A DNA stretch of 64,000 nucleotides, filler included, from an uncultured Methanosarcinales archaeon (GCA_964566535.1; 6 parts of 6 records of this genome joined end to end with filler, not necessarily neighbours in it), one strand, 5' to 3'; shown: positions 21,310-33,600, counted from the first letter of the whole stretch. Numbers and translations: made by a program. The notes: a model not told the origin generated them from the sequence alone.

Positions 21310-21813
21310 CTATTTATATAGTTTTCGCTGTGTTTTCTTCTTTAATAAGACTAAAACAATCAACAACACAATACCAATACCAACCATCAACAACAAATTA
21401 CTCTCCTTCTTCTCTTCAACATCAATCCCCATAACCTTAACCTCTGAAGGATCATAAATCTCTATACTCTTAGCTTCACCATAATAAGGAAGAACCAGAG
21501 CAAACCTTGTACTATCAACCTTAACAATACCTCCGCTCAACTCCCCAGTCTCAACATCACTTATATCAACAAATTCAGTTAAAGGGACATTAAAATCAAA
21601 ATTATACAATACTGAATCATCAGATACTATCTCTCCCCTATAATCTCCTTCAGTTAACTTCCTATCCGGACTATAACCATACTTAACTATCTTATCATCA
21701 AATGTCAACTCCCCATTTTCATAACTAAAAGCAACAATATACACCTTACTACTCTCAGCATAAACACCAATTGCTAATAAAACCATCATTAAGAGCAAAA
21801 TTACCTTCCTCAT
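21310..21813 (-). CDS. Secreted, C-terminally membrane-anchored protein
   Basis: Signal peptide, C-terminal TM and basic tail. Overlaps the stop of the peptidase gene. Confidence 0.75.
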   Translation of the reverse strand: MRKVILLLMMVLLAIGVYAESSKVYIVAFSYENGELTFDDKIVKYGYSPDRKLTEGDYRGEIVSDDSVLYNFDFNVPLTEFVDISDVETGELSGGIVKVDSTRFALVLPYYGEAKSIEIYDPSEVKVMGIDVEEKKESNLLLMVGIGIVLLIVLVLLKKKTQRKLYK

Positions 21814-23000
21814 CTTCCTCCCCCATAGGCATTCAATTTCTCAATAATTGCCCTCTCACTCACAGGACCAAATGAATGCTGATCTAACTCCCTCATAATG
21901 GACGTTTCAGTGGACCTATAATACTCGGTCAAAGAACAACCATCCTCAGACCCTCTCTGCCCACCACCGTAGCATTCCAAACTAAGATCATTCCACTTTT
22001 CACATCTTGCCACATCACAATTTGGATAATTCCCCACCCTAAAGTCAACCTGACTGTAATAATCATCAACATACTCATCAGCAAGTCCTCCAAATATATG
22101 TCCAAACTCATGAACAACAACATTAGGATTATCCATTGTATTGACCTTCTCAACATTCCCGATAGCACTAGACCTTACAGGATCAAACAAATCAGCAATC
22201 CAACTTCTTGCAGCCAAAACAATAGTATAATCATTTGGACAATTAGAGGCCAATTTCTTAATCTTAAAGTCATCACATACTATCCAATTATTAAAACTAC
22301 AATCCAAATCCTCAAAATCATCTATAAAATAGAAGGTAAACTTATCTCTATTTGAATTAAACGGCTCAAAATTAAAAAAGACATCATCAATATACTCCCT
22401 CACCTTAAGATTAAACACTTCCTTATCATCATAACCATAACCTAGGAAGACAACATCCACCTTGTTATCCGGGTCTGTAGTCCCTTCAATAATATTACAA
22501 TCAACCTTCTTCTTGCCCAACTCTGCTAACTCAACCTCTGTTTTACCCCTTCTGCTAGTCATCTTAAGCTTCAACTGCCCATTAGTAACCTTAGCACATA
22601 AAGGGTTATTTCCCTCACTCAACTCCAAATAATCAACTTTTATTGGAACAATGTCAGGATTATCAAAATAAACAGTATAACCTTCATAAACGTCCATTAA
22701 TTCATTTAGTTCCGGACTTACCAGTCTATCAAATCCTTTTGTTTCATCAACAAAACAAAGACTCTTAACATCATCAGGAAGGTAAAACACTTCTTCATCT
22801 ACACTCCCTGCCCTATGATTAATGCTTGCCCTATTCCGCTCAAGACTCTCACTAAATTTCTTGTTAAAATTAACCAACTCAACCTCTTTAGCAGAAGAAA
22901 CAAACTTGCTTATCTGAGTATACCCAAAAAACAATATAATCCCAACTAGGATGATAACAATAATATTAAGAAAAACATTACCTATCTGCCCTCTTTTCAT
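21810..23000 (-). CDS. Pilin-like domain fused to M64 (IgA peptidase-like) zinc metallopeptidase
   Basis: MKRG/Q + hydrophobic helix. KVDVVFLGYGY, EPF, VVHEFGHIFGGLADEY and YYRSTETSIMR motifs. Confidence 0.8.
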   Translation of the reverse strand: MKRGQIGNVFLNIIVIILVGIILFFGYTQISKFVSSAKEVELVNFNKKFSESLERNRASINHRAGSVDEEVFYLPDDVKSLCFVDETKGFDRLVSPELNELMDVYEGYTVYFDNPDIVPIKVDYLELSEGNNPLCAKVTNGQLKLKMTSRRGKTEVELAELGKKKVDCNIIEGTTDPDNKVDVVFLGYGYDDKEVFNLKVREYIDDVFFNFEPFNSNRDKFTFYFIDDFEDLDCSFNNWIVCDDFKIKKLASNCPNDYTIVLAARSWIADLFDPVRSSAIGNVEKVNTMDNPNVVVHEFGHIFGGLADEYVDDYYSQVDFRVGNYPNCDVARCEKWNDLSLECYGGGQRGSEDGCSLTEYYRSTETSIMRELDQHSFGPVSERAIIEKLNAYGGGR

Positions 23001-23066
23001 TAATTACTACTATTTTAAGATGGATATTTAAACTTTTTGAATGTTCACCTAGATAATATTCAAATC

Positions 23067-23201
23067 GGTTTAGAAATCTTGAAATTTCTAAAACTTTTGG
23101 GAAACGGAGTTCCCAAAATGGTTTAGAAATCTATGATTTATAAAAATCTCATGGATTTTTATGACCTAAAAATTCTTTGAATTTTTAGATTTCTAAAACT
23201 T
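23067..23201. repeat. Cluster of nested palindromes (REP/MITE-like)
   Basis: Two GGTTTAGAAAT...ATTTCTAAAACTT units, TTTTGGGAA/TTCCCAAAA between them, and two hairpins inside the second unit. Confidence 0.7.
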
Positions 23202-23286
23202 AGTGATATATTTGTAAAGTAAAGACCGTATTGATAAGAAAATATTCACAAACATTTATAAACATCCATTACCCCTCATTTCTAAT

Positions 23287-23859
23287 ATGATAGACAAAAA
23301 CGAATTCACAAAACTAAGGCAAGAAACAGAAGATTTCGATGAAAAACGAGAACAAGTTATTCAGAAATCCAGAATAATAATCAAAATTTCTAAACAAATA
23401 ATCTATTCTACACATAGAAATGAGCTAAAACAAGCTGAAAAATTCATAAAAGACATAGAAAAAGACAAAAAAGAGCTAGAAAAGATAGGAACAAACCTAG
23501 ATACCAACATGGACAGAGTTGCTTACCAAGAATATGTTGAAGCACTATGTTTCTACCATTTTGTTAAAAACAACAAACTTCCTTCAAGAGCAGAGTTAAA
23601 AATCAGCGCAGATTCCTACCTTTTGGGCCTTTGCGACTTATCTGGTGAATTAGTAAGAAAAGCAGCTCAAGCAATAATCAATAAAGACTTCAAAAAAGTA
23701 GACCATATCAAAGATTTCGTTGATGAACTTTATGGGGAATTCTTAAAATTCAACCTAAGGAATTCTGAATTAAGAAAGAAATCAGACCAAATAAAGTGGA
23801 GTCTCAAAAAACTAGAAGAAGTTATTTTTGATGCAAAACTCAAAGGAATGATCAAGTAA
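23287..23859 (+). CDS. Translin/TRAX-family protein
   Basis: REQVIQKSR, YQEYVEA, YLLGLCDLSGELVRKA and LRKKSD motifs. Confidence 0.88.
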   Translation: MIDKNEFTKLRQETEDFDEKREQVIQKSRIIIKISKQIIYSTHRNELKQAEKFIKDIEKDKKELEKIGTNLDTNMDRVAYQEYVEALCFYHFVKNNKLPSRAELKISADSYLLGLCDLSGELVRKAAQAIINKDFKKVDHIKDFVDELYGEFLKFNLRNSELRKKSDQIKWSLKKLEEVIFDAKLKGMIK

Positions 23860-24096
23860 TTCTAAGTAAAACTACCTAAAATAACAAAAACAAGTATTAC
23901 CCATACGAATAATCAATAAATAAGAAAAATTAACAAAAAACCATTCAAATTTACTCTCCAAAAGTAAAAACTTTTTCCCAGTTATCGTCGACAAACACCT
24001 AATTTCTTTAAAAACAGTATTTATATAATATATAATAGAACATAGAAAACTATATATATGAGTTTAGTTTAAGTATAAGATAATAAAAAGATTTGT

Positions 24097-24208
24097 TGAG
24101 TTTTTTTGGCGAAAAACTCAGATTTGTCAAATAATTTTTTTGGTTAAACAAACTTAATTGGCGTTAAGTTAGTTTGGAAAATTTTGGTTAATCACTTATT
24201 GGCGTAAG
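24097..24208 (+). repeat. Three hairpins sharing a T-TGGC-G loop upstream of ftsZ
   Basis: TGAGTTTTTT-TGGC-GAAAAACTCA, AACTTAAT-TGGC-GTTAAGTT and CTTAT-TGGC-GTAAG. Confidence 0.6.
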
Positions 24209-24334
24209 CAATTAAACTTGTTCTTAGGAGTAATAATTGTACAACTACAATATAAACATTTCGATAGTTAAAAGTATATACTACAGAATTTATATTGTAA
24301 CATACACAAAAAAAACCACAAAGGGGGATGAAAC

Positions 24335-25405
24335 ATGGAACATATAATAAACAGTGCTTTGGAACAAGCAGAAGAACAAACATTTGATGGGGTGCAGGTT
24401 GGGCAGGCAAATATAAAAGTAGTAGGTGTTGGTGGAGCAGGCAACAATATGATCGGTTGGCTCTATCAGAAAGGCATCAAAGGCGCAGAAATTATTGGCT
24501 GCAACACAGACCAACAACATTTGGATATAATAAATGCTGATCGTAAATTTTTGATTGGCAGAGAGTCCACAAAAGGACTTGGATGTGGAGGATTCCCAGA
24601 AAGAGGAGCTGAAGCTGCTCAAGAATCCCTAAATGAGATAAAAGAAAGCTTAAAAGCATCAGACATGGTATTTGTATGTTCTGGTATGGGTGGAGGAACC
24701 GGAACTGGAGCCGCACCTGTTGTAGCACAAATTGCTAAAGATATAGGTGCAATTGTGATTGGAACAGTAACAATGCCGTTCAAGATCGAAAGAGCAAGAG
24801 TTGATAAAGCAGAATTTGGTCTGCAACAACTCAGACAGGTTTCTGACACAGTAATTGTAATAGATAACAACAGATTAGTAAGCATAGCTGGAAATTTGCC
24901 AATTAAGCAAGCATTTGCAGTTGCAAACGAACTAATCTCAACAATGATCAAAGGAATTGTAGAAACAATTGCTATCCCTTCTCTAGTAAACCTAGATTAT
25001 GCGGATGTTAAAGCAATTATGACAAATGGAGGAGTAGCAGCTATCGGAGTTGGTGCTTCAGACACAAACAGCAGAGTTGAAGAAGCAGTAAAAGGAGCTC
25101 TATCTAACCCATTATTAGATATCAGCTATAAAGGTGCGACTGGAGCACTCATTCATATCTCCGGCGGTCCAGAAATGACCTTAGACGAAATAAGCAAAGT
25201 TGGAGAAGTAGTAACTGAAAGCCTTGACCCAGACGCAAATGTAATCTGGGGAGCAAGAGTCGATGACAGCCTAAAAGGAAAACTAACTGTAATGACTATC
25301 ATTACAGGAGTTAAGTCTCCTTGGATACTTGGAAAAATTGACTACAATCAACCAAGCGTCAAAACTCAGCAAATTAGTGAAGAGTTAGGCATAGAAATCG
25401 TATGA
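24335..25405 (+). CDS. ftsZ: Cell division GTPase FtsZ
   Basis: VVGVGGAGNN, GMGGGTGTGAAP tubulin signature and NLDYADV T7 loop. GGGGGA RBS upstream. Confidence 0.97.
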   Translation: MEHIINSALEQAEEQTFDGVQVGQANIKVVGVGGAGNNMIGWLYQKGIKGAEIIGCNTDQQHLDIINADRKFLIGRESTKGLGCGGFPERGAEAAQESLNEIKESLKASDMVFVCSGMGGGTGTGAAPVVAQIAKDIGAIVIGTVTMPFKIERARVDKAEFGLQQLRQVSDTVIVIDNNRLVSIAGNLPIKQAFAVANELISTMIKGIVETIAIPSLVNLDYADVKAIMTNGGVAAIGVGASDTNSRVEEAVKGALSNPLLDISYKGATGALIHISGGPEMTLDEISKVGEVVTESLDPDANVIWGARVDDSLKGKLTVMTIITGVKSPWILGKIDYNQPSVKTQQISEELGIEIV

Positions 25406-25505
25406 TATTCACCCCTTTAGTCTTTGTGGTGACGCCCTTAAATGGGTGTATTTCTTTGCCTTCATTTTAAAACCACCCCCAACAATTTTAAACATGAAGG
25501 CAATT

Positions 25506-25532
25506 AATCCTCCGCGAGGGGGATTTTTTTTT
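25506..25532 (+). terminator. Hairpin + T-tract terminator after ftsZ
   Basis: AATCCTCC-GCGA-GGGGGATT followed by a T run. Confidence 0.65.
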
Positions 25533-25600
25533 CTTTCTTATTAAATTCTAAACAAATCCTAAAAACCGAAAGATTTAAATATATTACTCTATATGTATTT

Positions 25601-25627
25601 GTAATACTAAGTATTACTTAGTATGTA
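25601..25627. promoter_or_regulatory. Palindromic putative operator
   Basis: GTAATACT-A-AGTATTAC palindrome. TACTTAGTATGTA here recurs at 52666-52678. Confidence 0.45.
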
Positions 25628-25735
25628 CAACAAAATGAGTGATAAAGAGGCATTTTATTTGAAAAACTATTTCTACAGTAGAGATAAGAATATCAGTTTT
25701 TTGGGTGGTTTATCTGGATTTCGGGAGTCCAGCGA

Positions 25736-27508
25736 ATGGGAAAAAGGTTAAAGAAAAAATCAAGATTTTACGAAGAAAAAAGGCAAAAAAGAGTAACCTT
25801 CTTAATCTTAGTACTCTTAATATCATTATCTATAATATCTTATCTCTTTATCTTTAAGCCAGTAATTACAACATTTACAATTTATACAGACGAAGTCGGC
25901 TTTAATAATAGCGTATCTTTAACATATGATCAGAACTCAGAATATTCATTGCAGTTATCAAATCCAGGAGAGCTAAAAGCCCTAAAACTCAGTGGAATCC
26001 TAACACAAGGCGCTTCTGCAAAGATATATTTCGAAAAAAACAACCAAACTTATTTGATTTTCGATTCTTCCAAGTTAAGGGGGGAAGGTATCACTACAAT
26101 AACTGGTTTAGTTGTTGGAAATGAAACAATTCCAACAAACGAAACAAATCAAACAATAACTCCAATTATCAACGAAACAATAAATCAGACAGAAACTAAT
26201 CAAACAACACCAACAAACGAAACACCAGAAATCAGTCCAAAAAACATTGCCCTTTCATTAGCCTATCAAGGTAATTCTGCTTTTGATAACAACAATGACG
26301 GTATTGAAACTTTAACTGGAGTTATTGACTTTTCCACATCAACTCAATTTGATTGGGATGTTTCTTATGATAAGTTATGTACAAAATACGAGATCTATTC
26401 CGAAGAAAACCAAACATCTACTTTAACATGTTACGGTTCATCAGAATGTTGTACTCTCCTTAATCTAGCTCCTGATAAGGAGGTTTGGAACGAAACATTC
26501 TACCTAAATTACGGAAAATATGGTGCAACCAATAACAATATAATCTCTGCACAAGTTATTTATGCCGATTATAGTGTAGATCCTGAAAATCCATATTCAG
26601 ATATTGTTCAATCAACAGCTTCTCAACTAAATGCCAAATTCCTATCAAATGTAATTGTTTTCAAAGATATTTGTGTTGATACCTGCTTACTATCAAATTT
26701 AGATTCACTTTCTTACAATCTAATTATTAATGTGACTAATGGGACTGTAAGTTTAGATAAGATATCTTATAGTCTTTTGACTGAGTCTACAAACAACGCG
26801 CCCTCTCTTCTAAAAAACATCCCAACAATATATATTGAAAAAGATAAGAATGAAACTATAAATTTAAATGAATATTTCTTCGACAGCGAAGGGGATACCC
26901 TATATTTTAATTATCATGAAGTTGAAAATTTATCCATTTCGATTAACGAAAACATCGCTACATTAATTCCAGACAAGGGATTCACCGGAACAATATTCTC
27001 ATTCTTCAAAACAAATGATTCATCCTTAACAACAGTTTCAAATGTTTTCGCAATTAATGTTACTGAAGAATTACCAGAAAAAGCAATCTCAAATAAAACA
27101 TTGACAACCATTGATAGGCCAACAAAATGGATCAAAAGAATCATTCTTGAGGAATTGGTAAATAACCTATCTTTACCAGCTGGAGGTTACAACATTAACT
27201 TGACTAAGGTTGAAACTGATGGATCAGAAAAACTGGAAAGCGCTAAGATAAAGATTAAAGAGACCGGAAAAAGATTAGAAATCAGCGAAAATCAATCGAT
27301 TATAGAGATGGAGTATAGTTCTCCTGATGATTCAGATGTTGCTACATACCCGACACTAAGTTACTCTGTAATGCCTGCCTTAGCTAATAAAGCATCTATC
27401 CAAGTTTACTGGCCAGTAAATGATTCTATCCGTCAAATTGACCTAAACCTAGTCTGTGGCGGACGAATAGAAAGTTTTGAAGTCAAAAAATCTGAGTTTA
27501 AAGAATGA
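25736..27508 (+). CDS. N-terminally anchored surface glycoprotein
   Basis: Basic N-terminus + TM. NET/NQT-rich linker. NNAPSLLKNIP Ig/cadherin-like segment. Confidence 0.75.
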   Translation: MGKRLKKKSRFYEEKRQKRVTFLILVLLISLSIISYLFIFKPVITTFTIYTDEVGFNNSVSLTYDQNSEYSLQLSNPGELKALKLSGILTQGASAKIYFEKNNQTYLIFDSSKLRGEGITTITGLVVGNETIPTNETNQTITPIINETINQTETNQTTPTNETPEISPKNIALSLAYQGNSAFDNNNDGIETLTGVIDFSTSTQFDWDVSYDKLCTKYEIYSEENQTSTLTCYGSSECCTLLNLAPDKEVWNETFYLNYGKYGATNNNIISAQVIYADYSVDPENPYSDIVQSTASQLNAKFLSNVIVFKDICVDTCLLSNLDSLSYNLIINVTNGTVSLDKISYSLLTESTNNAPSLLKNIPTIYIEKDKNETINLNEYFFDSEGDTLYFNYHEVENLSISINENIATLIPDKGFTGTIFSFFKTNDSSLTTVSNVFAINVTEELPEKAISNKTLTTIDRPTKWIKRIILEELVNNLSLPAGGYNINLTKVETDGSEKLESAKIKIKETGKRLEISENQSIIEMEYSSPDDSDVATYPTLSYSVMPALANKASIQVYWPVNDSIRQIDLNLVCGGRIESFEVKKSEFKE

Positions 27509-27642
27509 AAGACCGCATAACCATAACACTTGACAAGAAATTATTGAATTGGCTAGATGAAAAAGTAGAGGACAAGATATTCGCAAATAGAAGTCATGGT
27601 TTTGAGTATTTAATAGCAAAAGAGATGAAGAATGAGAAATAA
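27505..27642 (+). CDS. Small ribbon-helix-helix (CopG/CdrS-like) protein, 45 aa, not in ORF track
   Basis: MKDRITITLDKKLLNWLDEKVEDKIFANRSHGFEYLIAKEMKNEK. ATGA overlap upstream and overlap with the next gene's start. Confidence 0.8.
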   Translation: MKDRITITLDKKLLNWLDEKVEDKIFANRSHGFEYLIAKEMKNEK

Positions 27643-30600
27643 AGTTTGGATTTCATTAATAATTGTAATCTTACTAGCTTCATTTGTATATGCAGTCCCA
27701 AGAGAGATCAATATAATTGGAAAACTAACTGATTCTTCAGGAACCGTTGTCCAAGGCAACTTCAATTTCAGCTTTAGGATCTATGATTCTTTTACAGGAG
27801 GAAATAAATTATACGAATCCACATTTAATCTAACTACTGATTCGTTAGGAGTCTATGATGGGATCTTAAGAAACGTAACGCTAAACTTCTCAGACCAATA
27901 TTACTTAGGCGTTGCAGTAAATAAAGACGCTGAGATGATCCCAAGATTAAATTTAACAACTTCACCTTACTCATTCAGATCCAACATCTCAGAAAGCCTA
28001 AATCCAGATAACAAATACAGAATAAAGGTAATCAACATAACTGGCAACACAACAATAGGAACAGATGGCTCAGACACACTAACAGTAACCACAGGAGACT
28101 TCAACCTCTCTTCTGGAAACATCAACATGTCAGGAGACCTAGGTTTAGGATCCTCAATCACTTTTGGTTTGGGCGAACTAATTGACAATTTAGTTAATGG
28201 TTTTTTAAGAATTACTGGTAGTTTAAACATTACTAATGATTTAACCGTAGTTGGAAACGTAGGAATCGGAACATCAACACCAAACGCGAAACTAGTCGTT
28301 ATAGGAGGAGTGAACATAACTGGTGGATTAAATGTAACAGGAGTAGTAAACTTTGATAATTACGCAAATTGGGACTCAGATACAAGTGATGACTACAACG
28401 CAGAAAACTTCACAACAGATTACGCAGTTGGTGGTTATGACGCAGAGAACTTTACAGTAAACTACGCAACAAACGGTTTTGACAACGAAAACTTCTCAAC
28501 AAGATATGCAGTAGAAGGTTATAGTGACAGTAACACCACAAACCTAAGAGCATCAATAGTAAACAACATAACAGATGCGAATACTTCTTTACTTGGCCAT
28601 TTAAACGCACTAGACGCTGCACTAAGAGTAGGACAAGCAGCAAATGACACATTAATCAGAACATCAATAGTAAACAACATAACAGATGCGAATACTTCTT
28701 TACTGGGCCATCTAGATACACAGGACATAGGCATTAGAGAAGGTATAACTGGTAACATAACTGAATTATACAACGGAACAATAATCAGAGACACAAACAG
28801 TTCTTGGGTATTAAGAAGTCTAGATGGAGCAAGCATCAACTTAACAGCCTTAAATGTCACCGGACAAGGATTATTCAAAAGCTCAATCCAATCCTTTGTT
28901 GAAGACAGCAGCAATGCTTCTATCGTAAATGTACTAACACTCGAACATGGTGCATCTAATAGAGGAATGCCAGGTTTAGGAGCAAGCATCTTATTCAAAG
29001 GAGAAGATAATTTCACCATAAGTGAAAATATTTCTATGATTGCAGGAATAATGACAAATGCAACTAACGGATCTGAGGCCGGTGTTTTAACATTCTCAAC
29101 AAGAACTTCTGGTGGAGCATTAACTGAACAATTAAGAATAGATGGTTCAGGTAATGTAGGTATTGGAGTAATAGAACCTCAAAATGCTTTAGAAGTAGCA
29201 GGAACAATAAACGCATCAGAAATAAAAGTAGGAACTCAAAGTGTAATCAGAGAAGATAATGAATCTTGGGTTGTAGATATAGGCAGTTTATACAACCAAC
29301 AAAACTTCACAGCAAACTACGCTTTAGAAGGTTATGACGCAGAAAATTTCACAGTAAACTACGCAGTAAACGGTTTCGACAACGAAAACTTCTCAGCAAG
29401 ATACACAGTAGAAGGTTACAGTGATGCAAACACAACTGGTCTAAGACTCTCAATCCTAAACAACATAACTGATGCAAACGCCTCAATTAAATCCTATCTA
29501 GACTCAAGAGACGCTAACCTAAGAACAGGCATGGAAGGCAACATAACCTCCTTAGAAAACTCAAGCATAGCCAGAACAAATAACGAAAACACCTTCGAAG
29601 AAAAAACCACCTTTAACGCACCAGTAACATTCAGAAGTAATGTTACATTTACAGATACTCAAAATAACCTAGTAAATGAATCTCTAAAACTAACAGATTT
29701 AGACGGGGCAACTAAAATATTACTAAACGCATCCATACCAGATATTACAATTGACGGAAATTCAGTAATAACTGACACAATCTTACCAAGTTTATACAAC
29801 CAACAAAACTTCACCGCAAATTACGCTTTAGAAGGATACGACGCAGAAAACTTCACAGATAACTATGCTATAAACGGTTTCGACAACGAAAACTTCTCAT
29901 CAAGATACGCAATAGAAGGTTATAGTGATGCAAACACAACTGGTCTAAGACTCTCAATAGTAAACAACATAACAGATGCAAATACTTCTTTACTTGGTCA
30001 CCTTGTCACCTTAGATGCAGCATTAAGGGCGGGACAAGCTGCAAACGATACTTTGGTCAGACTCTCAATAGTAAACAACATAACAGATGCAAATACATCA
30101 CTATTAGGCCACCTTAACACACTAGATGCAGCAATAAGAGCAGGACAAGCTGCAAATGATACTCTGGTCAGACTCTCAATAGTAAACAACATAACAGATG
30201 CGAATACTTCTTTACTTGGCCATTTAAACGCACTAGACGCTGCACTAAGAGTAGGACAAGCAGCAAATGACACATTAATCAGAACATCAATAGTAAACAA
30301 CATAACAGATGCGAATACTTCTTTACTGGGCCATCTAGATACACAGGACATAGGCATTAGAGAAGGTATAACTGGTAACATAACTGAATTATACAACGGA
30401 ACAATAATCAGAGACACAAACAGTTCTTGGGTATTAAGAAGTCTAGATGGAGCAAGCATCAACTTAACAGCCTTAAATGTCACCGGACAAGGATTATTCA
30501 AAAGCTCAATCCAATCCTTTGTTGAAGACAGCAGCAATGCTTCTATCGTAAATGTACTAACACTCGAACATGGTGCATCTAATAGAGGAATGCCAGGTTT

Positions 30601-33600
30601 AGGAGCAAGCATCTTATTCAAAGGAGAAGATAATTTCACCATAAGTGAAAATATTTCTATGATTGCAGGAATAATGACAAATGCAACTAACGGATCTGAG
30701 GCCGGTGTTTTAACATTCTCAACAAGAACTTCTGGTGGAGCATTAACTGAACAATTAAGAATAGATGGTTCAGGTAATGTAGGTATTGGAGTAATAGAAC
30801 CTCAAAATGCTTTAGAAGTAGCAGGAACAATAAACGCATCAGAAATAAAAGTAGGAACTCAAAGTGTAATCAGAGAAGATAATGAATCTTGGGTTGTAGA
30901 TATAGGCAGTTTATACAACCAACAAAACTTCACAGCAAACTACGCTTTAGAAGGTTATGACGCAGAAAATTTCACAGTAAACTACGCAGTAAACGGTTTC
31001 GACAACGAAAACTTCTCAGCAAGATACACAGTAGAAGGTTACAGTGATGCAAACACAACTGGTCTAAGACTCTCAATCCTAAACAACATAACTGATGCAA
31101 ACGCCTCAATTAAATCCTATCTAGACTCAAGAGACGCTAACCTAAGAACAGGCATGGAAGGCAACATAACCTCCTTAGAAAACTCAAGCATAGCCAGAAC
31201 AAATAACGAAAACACCTTCGAAGAAAAAACCACCTTTAACGCACCAGTAACATTCAGAAGTAATGTTACATTTACAGATACTCAAAATAACCTAGTAAAT
31301 GAATCTCTAAAACTAACAGATTTAGACGGGGCAACTAAAATATTACTAAACGCATCCATACCAGATATTACAATTGACGGAAATTCAGTAATAACTGACA
31401 CAATCTTACCAAGTTTATACAACCAACAAAACTTCACCGCAAATTACGCTTTAGAAGGATACGACGCAGAAAACTTCACAGATAACTATGCTATAAACGG
31501 TTTCGACAACGAAAACTTCTCATCAAGATACGCAATAGAAGGTTATAGTGATGCAAACACAACTGGTCTAAGACTCTCAATAGTAAACAACATAACAGAT
31601 GCAAATACTTCTTTACTTGGTCACCTTGTCACCTTAGATGCAGCATTAAGGGCGGGACAAGCTGCAAACGATACTTTGGTCAGACTCTCAATAGTAAACA
31701 ACATAACAGATGCAAATACATCACTATTAGGCCACCTTAACACACTAGATGCAGCAATAAGAGCAGGACAAGCTGCAAATGATACTCTGGTCAGACTCTC
31801 AATAGTAAACAACATAACTGATGCTAACACTTCTTTACTTGGTCACTTAAACACATTAGACGCAGCCATCAGAGAAGGTATAACTGGCAACATAACTGAA
31901 TTGGATAACGGAACAATAATCAGAAGCACAAACACTTCTTGGATTATTAACATAAGCAGCATATACACAGCAGAAAACTTCACCTCGGATTACGCAACAA
32001 ACGGTTTCGACAACGAAAACTTCTCATCAAGATACGCAGTAGAAGGTTTCTCCCTAGCAAACAACCTAACAGGAGCAAATGCAAACCTAACAACCCTAAA
32101 CGTCTCTGGACAAGTATTAATCCCTAATGGAAAAGTGGGAATTGGAACCCTAACACCAGCAGCAACATTAGATGTCAAAGGAGATACCTTACTTAATTTA
32201 ACTACAGATTCAAGAACATTCCAAGTAGTCAACGGCTCAGGAACATCAAGATTCATTGTAAACGAATCAAAAGGTTTTGTTGGAATTGGTACAACTTCAC
32301 CATCAGAAAAACTCAGCCTCAATGATGGAAACTTCCTCCAAACACCTGGAAATCCAACTCATGAAGGGAAATTTGATAAGAATGATCATCCAGATACTGA
32401 GCTTGATGGAGCTTATAATGTATATGTCTCCGGGAAGTATGCATATGTTACTGGAAATGGTGATGATGGAGTGGAGATTCTTGATATTTCGGATCCAGCT
32501 AATCCAACACACGTTGGAAAATTTAATGATTCGGATCATGCTAATGCAGAACTTGATGGGGCTTATGGAATATTTGTTTCTGGGAAGTATGCATATGTTG
32601 TTAGCACTACTGATAATGGAATGGAGATTATTGATATTTCAAATCCGGCTAATCCAACACATGTAGGGGCAATTACAGATGATGGTACTACTATACTTGG
32701 TAGTCCTCGTGACATATATGTTTCTGGGAAGTATGCGTATGTTACTAGTTATTCAGAGAATGGAGTAGAGATTCTTGATATTTCGGATCCAGCTAATCCA
32801 ACACATGTAGGGGCAATTACAGATGATGGTACTACTGAGCTTAGTGGAGCAAAAGGAATATATGTTTCTGGGAAGTATGCGTATGTTACTGGTCAAGGCG
32901 ATGATGGAGTGGAGATTCTTGATATTTCGGATCCGGCTAATCCAACACATGTAGGGGCAATTACAGATGACGATACTACTGAACTTGATGGAGCTAATGG
33001 AATATATGTTTCTGGGAAGTATGCATATATTGCTAGTACTATTGACGATGGAGTAGAGATTCTTGATATATCAAATGCAAGTAATCCTACTCATGTGGGA
33101 AAGTTTAATGATACTGATCACACTGATGCTGAGCTTGATGGGGCTGAAAGGATATATGTTTCTGGGAAGTATGCGTATGTCGCCAGTAATACAGATAGTG
33201 GAGTAGAGATTCTTGATATTTCGGATCCAGCTAATCCAACACATGTAGGGGCAATTACAGATGACGATACTACTGAACTTAATGGACCGAGGGGAATCTT
33301 TGTTTCTGGGAAGTATGCGTATGTTACTGGGAACACTGATGACGGACTAGAAATTCTTGACATCTCAGGCATAGACGCACCAGCAGCCTCCATCGGAACC
33401 ATCTCAACCTCAACTCTTACAGTAACTGAAAACGCAGACATAGGAAATAACCTATATGTAGGTGCCGGACTTAATGTCGGTCAAGGTGGAATCCTAAGTG
33501 ATGGAGACATTGCAACAGCTGGAGATTTATCAGCAAAGGGAGATTTCACAATAAACAAAACAGTCTTCTTCGCAAACGCAACTTCAGGAAGAGTAGGAAT

